A stretch of DNA of 26,591 bases from the NCBI GenBank assembly GCA_027487195.1, contig JAIYEB010000182.1, forward strand, positions 1-26,591, read 5' to 3'. Position 1 is the first letter of the stretch; every line of letters starts with the position of its first letter. The translations under genes were made by a program, and so were the position numbers. This DNA comes from Hyphomicrobiales bacterium. GTDB taxonomy: Bacteria; Pseudomonadota; Alphaproteobacteria; Rhizobiales; UBA4765. Below are positions 1 through 8,768 of the stretch, in pieces. The notes beneath the pieces were generated by a model. The model had not been told where the DNA came from, made no database searches, and was given only the letters and a program-made list of their open reading frames with translations.

Positions 1-786
1 CTGCTTGGCCTCGTGTCAAAAGAGCGGGCGGATATGTTCCTGCCCATCACCTTCATTCTTGATCCCCGCCTGAGGGTGGTTGCGGTCATCCCGTTCTCAA
101 ACGACGGGTCCCATGCCTCAACGGTCCTTGAGACGCTTGCAAAGCTTGCGCCTGTTGAAGATCCGCGAACGGCGACCATGCAGGCGCCGATCCTGATCGT
201 TCCAAACATCTTCGAGCCGGAGTTCTGCAAGCGTCTGATCGATGGCTATGAGGACCATGGCGGGCAAGAGTCCGGCTACATGCAGGAAAAGAACGGCAAA
301 ACCGTTCTTGTCGTGGACTACAATCACAAAAGACGCACGGATTGGGTGATACCCGACGAGAGCCTCCAGGGTGAGGTGCGCTCGCGTATCCTGCGCCGGC
401 TCGTTCCTGAGATCCGCAAGGCCTACCAGTTTCAGGTCACGCGCATGGAACGCTACCTTGTGGCCTGTTACGATTCAGCGGTCGAAGGCCACTTCAACGC
501 CCATCGAGACAACACCACCAAGGGCACCGCGCATCGCAGGTTTGCGGTGTCGATCAACCTCAATCCCGATGAGTATGAGGGCGGCGACCTGGTGTTTGCC
601 GAGTTTGGTCAGGCCCGGTATCGCCCGCCGCTCGGTGGCGCCTGCGTGTTCTCCTGTTCACTGCTGCATGAGGCAACGCGCGTCACGTCAGGCAGGCGCT
701 ATGCGTTCCTGCCCTTCCTGTATGATGATGCGGCAGCGACAATCCGGGATGCAAATGCCGGGTTCGTCGACATGCCAAAGGCGTAA
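1..786 (+). CDS. 2OG-Fe(II) oxygenase family protein, probably with an N-terminal redoxin (AhpC/TSA-like) domain; 5' end lies outside the window
   Basis: Frame is open from base 1 (LLGLVSKERAD...) to TAA at 784-786. It has the HxD motif (AHRDN), a distal His (LLHEA) and an Arg (SGRRY) typical of 2OG-Fe(II) oxygenases. PITFILDPRLRVVAVIP resembles the last strands of a redoxin fold. Confidence 0.85.
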   Translation: MLGLVSKERADMFLPITFILDPRLRVVAVIPFSNDGSHASTVLETLAKLAPVEDPRTATMQAPILIVPNIFEPEFCKRLIDGYEDHGGQESGYMQEKNGKTVLVVDYNHKRRTDWVIPDESLQGEVRSRILRRLVPEIRKAYQFQVTRMERYLVACYDSAVEGHFNAHRDNTTKGTAHRRFAVSINLNPDEYEGGDLVFAEFGQARYRPPLGGACVFSCSLLHEATRVTSGRRYAFLPFLYDDAAATIRDANAGFVDMPKA

Positions 787-828
787 CAGGAAACGGGTTT
801 CTCGCGTGGTGTCTCGATGGAGCGGCTT

Positions 829-2004
829 TTACGCCGCCCTTTTCGAGAGACCTTCCCGCGTCAGGAAAGCTGAAAGCCGGCTGAGCGCTGCATCAAGCGT
901 CTCGCGCTTTTTGGCAAAGCAGAAGCGCAGCACGGTCGTGACGGCTCCGGTTTCGTAAAAGGCTGACACCGGCACGGTCGCAACACCGCCTTCGACAACG
1001 AGGCGCTGGGCGAAGGCAACATCGCCTTCGCTGACGCCAAGAGCCGCAAGATCGACATTGACGAAATAGCTTGCCTGACAGGGGAGCGTTGGAACGCCCA
1101 TCGCATTCAGGCCCGAAACGAAATGATCGCGGGCGGCCTGGAGATCAGCGCGCATGCCGGTGAAGTAGGCATCCTCCTTGGCAAGCCCGTAGGCAACGGC
1201 GGCCTGAAGGTTCGGCGGCGTCGTAAAGGTCATGTACATGTGCGCCTTGCCCATGATCTTGATGAGCTCAGGGGCAGCAGTGACGAGGCCAACCTTCCAA
1301 CCCGTCAGCGAGAAAATCTTGCCCGCCGAGCCGATATGAACCACGCGATCGCGCATGCCCGGACGCGTGATCAGCGGTGTGAACACGGCATCATCAAACA
1401 GGACATGCTCCCAGACCGCGTCCTGGATCACGACAGCACCGGATTTCTGAACATAGCGCGCCAGAAGGTCGAGATCGGCCACCGGCATCACAGAGCCTGC
1501 GGGGTTCAGGGGGTCATTGAAGATGACAACCCGGGTTGCGGGCGTGAACGCAGCCGCGAGATCAGCCTCGCTGAAGCGCCAGTGCGGGGGCTTCAGCGTC
1601 ACGAGCCTTGGGATGCCGCCGGCACGGCGCACGAGCGGCAGATAGGCATCATAGAGCGGCTCGAACAGGACGACCTCATCGCCTGGCGTCACCAGCGAGA
1701 AGATCGCGGTTGCGAGGGCTTCGGTAGCGCCCGATGTCACCATGGTTTCGGTGTCGGCATTCACGCTGAAGCCGTGAAAGCGCGCATGGCTTGCAGCGAT
1801 TGCCGAGCGCAATTCCGGCAGGCCGAGCATGGGCGGATACTGGTTCCAGCCTGACACAACCGCCTCTGCCGCTTTCTCGCGCACATCAAGCGGACCTGGA
1901 TCATCGGGAAAGCCCTGGCCGAGATTGACGGCGCCGTGTTCGCGCGCAAGCCGCGACATGACTTCGAAAACGGTTGTCGGCAGATTGGCGTAAATCGGGT
2001 TCAT
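829..2004 (-). CDS. PLP-dependent aminotransferase class I/II (YbdL/methionine-glutamine aminotransferase-like)
   Basis: Motifs NLGQGFPD, TSGATEAL, DPLNPAG, DAVWEH and SAGKIFSLTGWKVG (PLP lysine). Start moved to the ATG at 2004 (MNPIYANLPTTVFEVMS), where family-like sequence begins. Confidence 0.9.
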   Translation of the reverse strand: MNPIYANLPTTVFEVMSRLAREHGAVNLGQGFPDDPGPLDVREKAAEAVVSGWNQYPPMLGLPELRSAIAASHARFHGFSVNADTETMVTSGATEALATAIFSLVTPGDEVVLFEPLYDAYLPLVRRAGGIPRLVTLKPPHWRFSEADLAAAFTPATRVVIFNDPLNPAGSVMPVADLDLLARYVQKSGAVVIQDAVWEHVLFDDAVFTPLITRPGMRDRVVHIGSAGKIFSLTGWKVGLVTAAPELIKIMGKAHMYMTFTTPPNLQAAVAYGLAKEDAYFTGMRADLQAARDHFVSGLNAMGVPTLPCQASYFVNVDLAALGVSEGDVAFAQRLVVEGGVATVPVSAFYETGAVTTVLRFCFAKKRETLDAALSRLSAFLTREGLSKRAA

Positions 2005-2159
2005 ATCGCGCTCCGCGCTGGCGTCTTCAGCAGCAAAATAGTCAAGCCCGTTCGGCAAGACAAGATGGAGCGTTCGGTATGGCGAACGCTACGCCGTCGC
2101 ATTAGCCTTTGCAGCGGCCCAGGCTTGATCTCGCCGCAATCCCACGTAATGACGCTGTC

Positions 2160-2966
2160 GTGTCAAATCTGTTCCGCGTTCTTGTTGGTCTTGCCGTCGC
2201 GTTCAGCGCTGCGCCTTCGGCTGCGGACACAGTCCGCGCGGGCTATACGACGTCGCTGCTCGGCTTCACCGTGGCCCGCGCCAAGCTTCAGCTCAGCCTC
2301 AACGAAAACAACTACTCCATGCAGCTTGGCGTCGAGGCGGCCGGGCTGGCACTGATCTTCTCGTCTTTCCAGGGCACCGCTGAGGTCGAGGGACGTTTGG
2401 GGGCGGAGCGCGCATATCCCACGCGTTTCAAGGTCGATGCCACGTCAGGATCAGATGTCTACGATATTTCATTGGCATTTTCCGGGACCGATGTCTCAAG
2501 CCAGGCAGTGTCGCCGCCTCACAAACCCTATCCCGATCTCGTGCCGGTGGACGCGCGGTCGCGCCGGGCGGTCGTTGACCCGCTGTCGGCCTTTCTTGCG
2601 CCAACCCCGAGCGGGGCCCCGCAAACGGTTTGTAACCGGCGTTTGCCGATCTACACGGGGCGCGAGCGCTTTGATCTCCAGCTTTCCTTTGCGCGCAACG
2701 AAACAGTGCGCATCGACGGCGGGCGTTCGCTCCAGGCCATTGTGTGCAAGGCCAGGTACTTCCCAATTCAAGGTCACCGCACGGAGCGCGACGAAATCCA
2801 GTACATGAGCCGGAACGAGGACGTTTTCGCCTGGTTCGTACCGATTGAAGGGGCTGCTCTCATGGCGCTCTACAGGGTGAGGGTCGGCACGCGGATCGGC
2901 GCTGTGATTGTGCAGCTCGATTCGCTTGAGGGCGATAACATTCAATCAGTCAGGCGGCGGCGCTAG
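2160..2966 (+). CDS. DUF3108-like exported protein
   Basis: Signal-peptide-like N-terminus from GTG 2160. Motifs VVDPLSAFL, CNRRLPIYTGRERFDLQL and VCKARYFPIQGHR resemble DUF3108 proteins of Rhizobiales. Start codon uncertain. Confidence 0.7.
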   Translation: MSNLFRVLVGLAVAFSAAPSAADTVRAGYTTSLLGFTVARAKLQLSLNENNYSMQLGVEAAGLALIFSSFQGTAEVEGRLGAERAYPTRFKVDATSGSDVYDISLAFSGTDVSSQAVSPPHKPYPDLVPVDARSRRAVVDPLSAFLAPTPSGAPQTVCNRRLPIYTGRERFDLQLSFARNETVRIDGGRSLQAIVCKARYFPIQGHRTERDEIQYMSRNEDVFAWFVPIEGAALMALYRVRVGTRIGAVIVQLDSLEGDNIQSVRRRR

Positions 2967-3064
2967 GAGCGGCAGCAGTCTTGGGCGGGCGAATAAATAC
3001 GGGTTTATCCGTAGTCCTTCTCGACGATATCAGCCCTTCGTCGCATGAATCTGTGCTGTCGGGA

Positions 3065-3093
3065 TTGTCGATCAGCCCCAGTCGTCATATGTT
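3065..3093 (+). promoter_or_regulatory. Putative sigma70 promoter for the rsfS operon
   Basis: TTGTCG (3065-3070), 17-nt spacer, TATGTT (3088-3093), in the intergenic gap upstream of rsfS. Confidence 0.5.
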
Positions 3094-3170
3094 CTTAGTG
3101 TAATCAGGTCACATTCGCAGGCGTAAAACGACTCAAAGTCTTGCGCCAAATACAACATGAGGGCTCGACG

Positions 3171-3578
3171 CTGAACACGGAACCGCGCTTGAGGGACGCC
3201 AAGATCGTCCCGATGCCTCAGAGGAAGGGTCTTCCTGATCCCGAGGCGACACTGAAGCTGGTGCTTGATGCGCTTGACGATGCCAAGGCCGAAGAAACGG
3301 TCGCCATAGACCTTGCCGGAAAGACGACGCTTGCCGATCACATGGTCGTTGCGTCAGGTCGCTCGCAACGTCATGTCGGCGCGGTCGTTGATCAGGTGCT
3401 CGAAGCTTTGTCGAAAGCAGGCCTGGCCTCGAACCTCAGGGTTGACGGCAAGGAATATTGCGACTGGGTCGTGCTCGATCAGGGCGATATCATCCTGCAT
3501 GTGTTCCGGCCGGAAGTGCGCGCCTTCTACAATCTCGAGAAGATGTGGGGCTCAGATCGCCCTGCCGAGCGCAATTAG
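3171..3578 (+). CDS. rsfS: Ribosome silencing factor RsfS (Iojap family)
   Basis: IDLAGKTTLADHMVVASGRSQRHVGAV and WVVLDQGDIILHVFRPEVRAFYNLEKMW; lies directly before rlmH. Start uncertain: CTG 3171 (SD GAGGG 7 nt upstream) or ATG 3213. Confidence 0.93.
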   Translation: MNTEPRLRDAKIVPMPQRKGLPDPEATLKLVLDALDDAKAEETVAIDLAGKTTLADHMVVASGRSQRHVGAVVDQVLEALSKAGLASNLRVDGKEYCDWVVLDQGDIILHVFRPEVRAFYNLEKMWGSDRPAERN

Positions 3579-3596
3579 GCCTGACGGTCGATTGTA

Positions 3597-4076
3597 GTGC
3601 GCATTGTCGTTGGCGCGGTCGGCCGGATTCAGGCCGGTCCCGAGGCGGAACTGGTTGCCGACTATCTCGACCGTTCGCGAAAGATCGGCCGCAGCCTGGG
3701 CGTCACGCGGATTGACGAGCTCGAGCGCGCAGAATCGCGCAAAGCCACCACAGACCAGCGCAAGGCCGAGGAGGCGCTGATCCTCGCCGGGCTGGTTCCG
3801 CAAGCAGCGGTGATCCTGGCTTTTGATGAACATGGCGCAACGCCTGACAGTGTCGGTTTTGCCGCCTTCATTGACCAGGCCCGCAACTCCGGGCGGGACA
3901 TGGCGCTTCTTCTCGGCGGCCCCGATGGGCATGGCCAGGACGTCCTCAAAAAGGCTGATCATGTGGTGTCTATGGGGCGGATGACCTTTCCCCACGCGCT
4001 GGCGCGCGTCATGGTGTCGGAACAGATCTACCGTGGGCTGACGATTCTCGCGCGCCATCCCTACCACCGGGTGTAG
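3597..4076 (+). CDS. rlmH: 23S rRNA (pseudouridine1915-N3)-methyltransferase RlmH
   Basis: SPOUT motifs LLLGGPDGH and MTFPHALARVMVSEQIYRGLTILARHPYHR; synteny with rsfS. Confidence 0.93.
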   Translation: MRIVVGAVGRIQAGPEAELVADYLDRSRKIGRSLGVTRIDELERAESRKATTDQRKAEEALILAGLVPQAAVILAFDEHGATPDSVGFAAFIDQARNSGRDMALLLGGPDGHGQDVLKKADHVVSMGRMTFPHALARVMVSEQIYRGLTILARHPYHRV

Positions 4077-4175
4077 ATGCGGGTTCGTGACCTCGGGCGT
4101 TGATCCGATGGTTTCGGCTCCGAGTGTGTTTGTAACAATCAGTGCGTGCCGCAAACGAATTGAAGGCTTCAGACC

Positions 4176-5531
4176 GTGTTGCAACGCGCCTGCCGTATTG
4201 CTCTTGCCTCAGCAGCACTTCTCGCTGCCACGGTTGCGCTTGCCCAGTCGCCGTTGACGGATGCCGAGCGCCGTCGCGACGAGGCGCGCCAGCGCGTCGA
4301 GGCGGTCGAGACTGAACGCAGGGAAGTTATCGAGCGGCGTCAGCGCATCGAGGCCGAAATCGAAACCATCCGGCGCGATCGTGGCGAACTGGCTCGACGC
4401 GCCATCGACAGCGCGGAGCGTGGGCGCAGGCTTGAAGCGCAGATCACGGCGGCAGAGCGCCGGCTTTTCGAACTTGAAAGCGAGCAAAGCCGTTTGCGCC
4501 AGACGCTCGCGGGAAGCCGCGCCATTGTTGCGGAAGTGCTGGCCGCGCTCCAGAGGCTTGGACGCAACCCGCCCCCGGCATTGTTCATCGAGCCGGACAA
4601 CGCGCTCAACGCCATCCGCTCGGCGATCCTGATGGGGGCAGTCCTGCCGGAACTGCGCAGCGAGGCCGAGGCGTTGGTTGCCAATCTCGAACAGCTCAGG
4701 CGCCTTGGCAGTCTCGTCGTGACCGAGACCGAACGCCTGAGGACGGAACTTAATGGTCTCGCAGCCGAGCGCGAACTGGCTGAAGCTCTCGGCAATGCGC
4801 GACGGCGCGAGCAGACGGCCAGCGAAGAAGAGCTTCAGCGCTCCCGCACACGGGCGGAAGCACTGGCGCGCGATGCCCGTTCGCTACAGGACCTCTTGCA
4901 GCGCAGCGAAGCCGATATCGCTGCCGCAAGGCGCGCCGCCGAGGCCGCCGCACGCGCCGAGGCCGAGCGCGAGGCTGGCGAGCGCCGCACGCAGGAAGCG
5001 CGCGACCTTGAGCTGATGCGCCGGCAGGATGCCGAGCGGCGTACTTTGGCCAGTCTGCCCAATCCTGGCCGGCTTCAACCAGCCATTGCCTTCGAGCGGA
5101 CACGCGGCCTTCTGCCGCTGCCTGTTGAAGGCGAGAGAGTGCGCGGATTTGGCGATGCCGATGGCGCAGGCGGCACTATTCGCGGCATTATGTTGGCAAC
5201 ACGCCCCAAGACCATGGTTACATCGCCTGCGGATGGGTGGGTTGTGTTCGCCGGCCCGTTCCGCGCCTATGGTCAACTCGTGATCGTGAACGTTGGCGGT
5301 GGTTTCCACGTCTTGCTCGCAGGCATGGAGCGGACTACCGTAGGGGTTGGCCAGTTCGTGTTAGCGGGCGAGCCGGTTGCTGAAATGGGCGATCGCGCAT
5401 TTGCAACCTCGACTACACTCGATTTGGGATCAGACCGTCCGGTCCTGTATGTCGAGTTTCGCAAGGATGGCAGTTCGATCGATCCAACCCCATGGTGGGC
5501 GGTAAGGTCGCTGGAAAGGGCAAGAGGCTGA
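4176..5531 (+). CDS. envC: Murein hydrolase activator EnvC family (coiled coil plus M23/LytM domain)
   Basis: Signal peptide, long coiled coil, and C-terminal LytM-like domain (SPADGWVVFAGPFRAYGQLVIV...LYVEFRKDGSSIDPTPW); position between rlmH and an S41 protease. Confidence 0.88.
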   Translation: MLQRACRIALASAALLAATVALAQSPLTDAERRRDEARQRVEAVETERREVIERRQRIEAEIETIRRDRGELARRAIDSAERGRRLEAQITAAERRLFELESEQSRLRQTLAGSRAIVAEVLAALQRLGRNPPPALFIEPDNALNAIRSAILMGAVLPELRSEAEALVANLEQLRRLGSLVVTETERLRTELNGLAAERELAEALGNARRREQTASEEELQRSRTRAEALARDARSLQDLLQRSEADIAAARRAAEAAARAEAEREAGERRTQEARDLELMRRQDAERRTLASLPNPGRLQPAIAFERTRGLLPLPVEGERVRGFGDADGAGGTIRGIMLATRPKTMVTSPADGWVVFAGPFRAYGQLVIVNVGGGFHVLLAGMERTTVGVGQFVLAGEPVAEMGDRAFATSTTLDLGSDRPVLYVEFRKDGSSIDPTPWWAVRSLERARG

Positions 5532-6865
5532 TGCTGAAGACCTCATATCTCGTCGCGGGCGCTGCTTTGGGCGCCGCTCTGGCCCTCACGGCAACGCAGG
5601 TTCTGCCGCAAGCGATTGCTCGCGGTACCGCGCCGCCGACGCAGGATACCTATCGCCAGCTCAATCTGTTTGGCGATGTATTTGACCGGGTCCGCACCGA
5701 CTATGTCGAGCGTCCCGATGAGGTGAAGCTGATCGAAGCAGCCATCAACGGCATGCTGACATCGCTCGATCCGCACTCCTCGTACCTGTCGCCCCGGAAT
5801 TTCCGGGACATGCAGGTGCAGACGCGCGGTGAATTTGGTGGCCTCGGGATCGAGGTGACCATGGAAAATGGTCTTGTGCGCGTCGTGACGCCGATCGACG
5901 AAACACCGGCCGCACGCGGTGGTGTACGCTCCGGCGATATCATCACGCACCTCGATGGCGAAGCCATTCAGGGCCTCACGCTGCAGCAGGCCGTTGAGCG
6001 CATGCGCGGTGCGGTTGGCTCTCCGATCCAGCTCAGGATCCAGCGCCAGGGCGCCGACGACCCGGTCGAGATCCGCCTGACACGCGATACCATTCGCATC
6101 CGCTCGGTGCGTGCCCGCGACGAGGGCAACGACATCGGCTATCTGCGAATCACCCAGTTCACGGAACAGACCATGGAGGGCCTGCGCACGGCTCTCGAAG
6201 GGTTTGACCGCACGCTTGGCGCCAACATGAAGGGCATTGTGATCGATATGCGCAACAACCCCGGCGGGTTGCTTGACCAGTCGATCCAGGTTGCCGACGC
6301 GTTCCTTGAGCGTGGCGAGATTGTCTCGACCCGTGGTCGAAGCGCCCAGGATACCCAACGCTTTTCGGCGCGCTCAGGCGACCTGACCCGTGGCAAGCCG
6401 ATTGTCATTCTGGTGAATGGCGGTTCGGCATCAGCGTCGGAAATTGTGGCCGGTGCGCTTCAGGATCATCGCCGCGCAACGGTTGTGGGCACCCGCTCAT
6501 TTGGCAAGGGATCGGTCCAGACGATCATTCCGCTTGGCGCGAACGGGGCGATCCGGCTGACGACGTCGCGTTACTACACGCCGTCGGGTCGTTCGATCCA
6601 GGCGCGCGGCATCGAGCCTGACATCAACATCGCCAATGAAGAGCCCGAAGCACAGCGCATCGCCGCCCAGCGCGAACAGCGCTCGGAAAGCCAGCTGCGC
6701 GGGCACCTTCGCCAGGAAGGCCAGACGGAAGAACGGGCCGGCTCGTCCTACATCCCGCCGGATGCCAAGGACGACCGTCAGCTGAACTATGCCTTCGATC
6801 TGATCCGGGGCACTGTGCAGAATGCGGCGTTCCCGCCAAACCCACGCAATGCGGTACCAAACTGA
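5531..6865 (+). CDS. ctpA: S41 family carboxyl-terminal processing protease (PDZ plus Ser/Lys dyad)
   Basis: LDPHSSY, GEFGGLGIEV (PDZ), IDMRNNPGGLL, GSASASEI (Ser), SFGKGSVQ (Lys). ATG 5531 overlaps the envC TGA (TGATG). Confidence 0.95.
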   Translation: MLKTSYLVAGAALGAALALTATQVLPQAIARGTAPPTQDTYRQLNLFGDVFDRVRTDYVERPDEVKLIEAAINGMLTSLDPHSSYLSPRNFRDMQVQTRGEFGGLGIEVTMENGLVRVVTPIDETPAARGGVRSGDIITHLDGEAIQGLTLQQAVERMRGAVGSPIQLRIQRQGADDPVEIRLTRDTIRIRSVRARDEGNDIGYLRITQFTEQTMEGLRTALEGFDRTLGANMKGIVIDMRNNPGGLLDQSIQVADAFLERGEIVSTRGRSAQDTQRFSARSGDLTRGKPIVILVNGGSASASEIVAGALQDHRRATVVGTRSFGKGSVQTIIPLGANGAIRLTTSRYYTPSGRSIQARGIEPDINIANEEPEAQRIAAQREQRSESQLRGHLRQEGQTEERAGSSYIPPDAKDDRQLNYAFDLIRGTVQNAAFPPNPRNAVPN

Positions 6866-6907
6866 GCTGCAGCTCAATCGTTTGTTAACCATACGGGCTG
6901 GAAATAG

Positions 6908-6945
6908 AGCGGCGTCGGGGTGAGCCCGGCGCCGCTTTCCGTTTC
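6908..6945 (+). terminator. Probable intrinsic terminator or stabilising hairpin after ctpA
   Basis: 12-bp stem AGCGGCGTCGGG / CCCGGCGCCGCT (one G-U pair), 5-nt loop, followed by an interrupted T tract TTCCGTTTC. Confidence 0.55.
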
Positions 6946-6972
6946 GGAAACGAGATCAGACCCGCTGAAGGC

Positions 6973-8205
6973 ATGAAGGCCGCAGAACTCCATGCGCCGC
7001 TTTCCGCAAGCGAGCGCAAACAGATCAAGCTCGAGCTCGGACTGTTGCCATCAGTCGTGGCCTCAGCCCTGCTGCTCGCACCCTTTGCTGCCTGGATGCT
7101 GTTTGTTGACGACCCGCTTGCAGGCGAGCCGCGCGCCGTTGCCAGACTTGCGCCAGTCCAGGAGCGACGCGCGGAAGAGCCTGTCGCTGCCCGCCAGCCT
7201 GCGCCCGCCGCTCCGGCACCTTCAGCGCGCCCAACGGTTCAGATCATGTCTCCCGGTCCCGATGGGCGCATGACCGTGCGCCGCGTCGAGGTGCCAGCCG
7301 ACACCGCACCGGAGTCGGCTCCAAGCTCCCAGCCCATTGCTCCGGCGAGCCCAGCGGCCAGGGCAACTGCGCCGACCCAGGCTCCGACCATACAGCGCAG
7401 GACAGAGCGCGAGGTTCCAGATCCAGACCTGATCGACAAGATCGGCAATGGCCTTCTGCCAAGGATCGGCCCGGATGGAACCAGACCCTGGCGCGCCTAT
7501 GGCAGGCCGCCTGGAACGGTTCAGCCCGGGCATGGTCGCATTGCGCTGGTCATCACAGGTATTGGCCTGTCGAACAGCGCGACAGAGGCAGCTTTCAGCC
7601 GTTTGCCGCCGGAAGTGTCGGTCGCGATTTCGCCCTATGCCACCCAACCGCAGAGCGTCTTTGAACGTGCACGCGCCAGCGGACGCGAAGCCTTGCTGCA
7701 GATTCCGATGGAACCGTTTGATTTCCCATCAAGCGATCCAGGGCCGCAATCCTTGCTTGTCGGTACCAGCGCACAGCAAAACATTGAGCGGTTGCGGTGG
7801 TCGATGGCGCGCTTTGCAGGCTATCTCGGGGTTGTCCCGATGATGGGTTCGCGGTTTACGTCAGCGCCCGAAGCGCTAAGGCCCGTGATTGAGGAGCTTC
7901 GCGCGCGCGGGATAGCCATTGTGGACGACGGAGCATCGGTGCGCAGCCAGATCTCGGAAACAGCGCGAGGGGTCGGCGCAGCCTTCGCCCGTGCGAATGC
8001 GGTCATTGATGTCTCGCCAACACCTGATCGAATCGATGAAGCCCTCGCTGCGCTTGAGACCCGCGCCCGCGAACATGGCAGCGCCATCGGATTTGCCTCG
8101 GCACTGCCGATCTCCCTTGAACGCATCACCCGCTGGCGGCGTGATCTTGAACGACGCGGTGTGACGCTGGTTCCTGTCAGCGCGCTGATAACGGCGGATC
8201 GATGA
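6973..8205 (+). CDS. Divergent polysaccharide deacetylase family protein (YibQ-like) with N-terminal membrane anchor and Pro/Ala-rich linker
   Basis: RIALVITGIG, EALLQIPMEPFDFPSSDPGPQSLL, MMGSRFTS, VDDGAS; usual position between ctpA and rppH. Confidence 0.88.
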   Translation: MKAAELHAPLSASERKQIKLELGLLPSVVASALLLAPFAAWMLFVDDPLAGEPRAVARLAPVQERRAEEPVAARQPAPAAPAPSARPTVQIMSPGPDGRMTVRRVEVPADTAPESAPSSQPIAPASPAARATAPTQAPTIQRRTEREVPDPDLIDKIGNGLLPRIGPDGTRPWRAYGRPPGTVQPGHGRIALVITGIGLSNSATEAAFSRLPPEVSVAISPYATQPQSVFERARASGREALLQIPMEPFDFPSSDPGPQSLLVGTSAQQNIERLRWSMARFAGYLGVVPMMGSRFTSAPEALRPVIEELRARGIAIVDDGASVRSQISETARGVGAAFARANAVIDVSPTPDRIDEALAALETRAREHGSAIGFASALPISLERITRWRRDLERRGVTLVPVSALITADR

Positions 8206-8696
8206 TGGTGACGCTGCCCTATCGCCCCTGCGTTGGCGTAATGCTGCTGAATGCTGACGGCCGCGTCTTCGTTGGCGCGCGCGCTGGCGGAAATGAGGCC
8301 ATGCGCCTTGAGAAGGTCTGGCAAATGCCGCAGGGGGGCATTGACGCGGGCGAGGATCCGCTCAGCGCAGCGCGCCGGGAACTCTATGAGGAGACCGGTA
8401 TTCGCTCAGCAGAGCTTCTCTTCGAAGCCCCGAACTGGATCACCTATGATCTGCCGCCCGAACTGGTCGGCAAAGCCTGGAAAGGCAAATGGCGTGGCCA
8501 GACACAGCGCTGGTTTGCCTTCCGGTTCACGGGTGTTGAAAGCGAGATCAACCTCGATGTTGCCGGCTCTGGCGATCCGGAATTTCTCGAGTGGCGCTGG
8601 ATGGCGATGAGCGACCTTGTTGACATGGTGGTGCCGTTCAAACGGGCTGCCTACGTCGAGGTTGTGGCGGCGTTCCGGCATCTGTCGACGCCCTGA
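8202..8696 (+). CDS. rppH: RNA pyrophosphohydrolase (Nudix)
   Basis: YRPCVGVML, WQMPQGG, Nudix box GGIDAGEDPLSAARRELYEETG, RGQTQRWF; ATGA overlap with the preceding gene. Confidence 0.93.
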   Translation: MMVTLPYRPCVGVMLLNADGRVFVGARAGGNEAMRLEKVWQMPQGGIDAGEDPLSAARRELYEETGIRSAELLFEAPNWITYDLPPELVGKAWKGKWRGQTQRWFAFRFTGVESEINLDVAGSGDPEFLEWRWMAMSDLVDMVVPFKRAAYVEVVAAFRHLSTP

Positions 8697-8739
8697 ACTT
8701 GCAGCGCGATTGCGGGTCCAGGGTCCGTCCTATCGCGCA

Positions 8740-8768
8740 TTGCGCGGCCTGAAAGAGACACATAATCT
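8740..8768 (+). promoter_or_regulatory. Putative sigma70 promoter of crtI-crtB
   Basis: TTGCGC (8740-8745), 17-nt spacer, TAATCT (8763-8768). An alternative -10 is CATAAT at 8761-8766. Confidence 0.45.

Noticed and set aside
3099-3113. TGT-N9-ACA upstream of rsfS as a PpsR, NifA or CRP-type site
   Set aside because: Spacer fits none of these (PpsR N12, NifA N10, CRP TGTGA-N6-TCACA).
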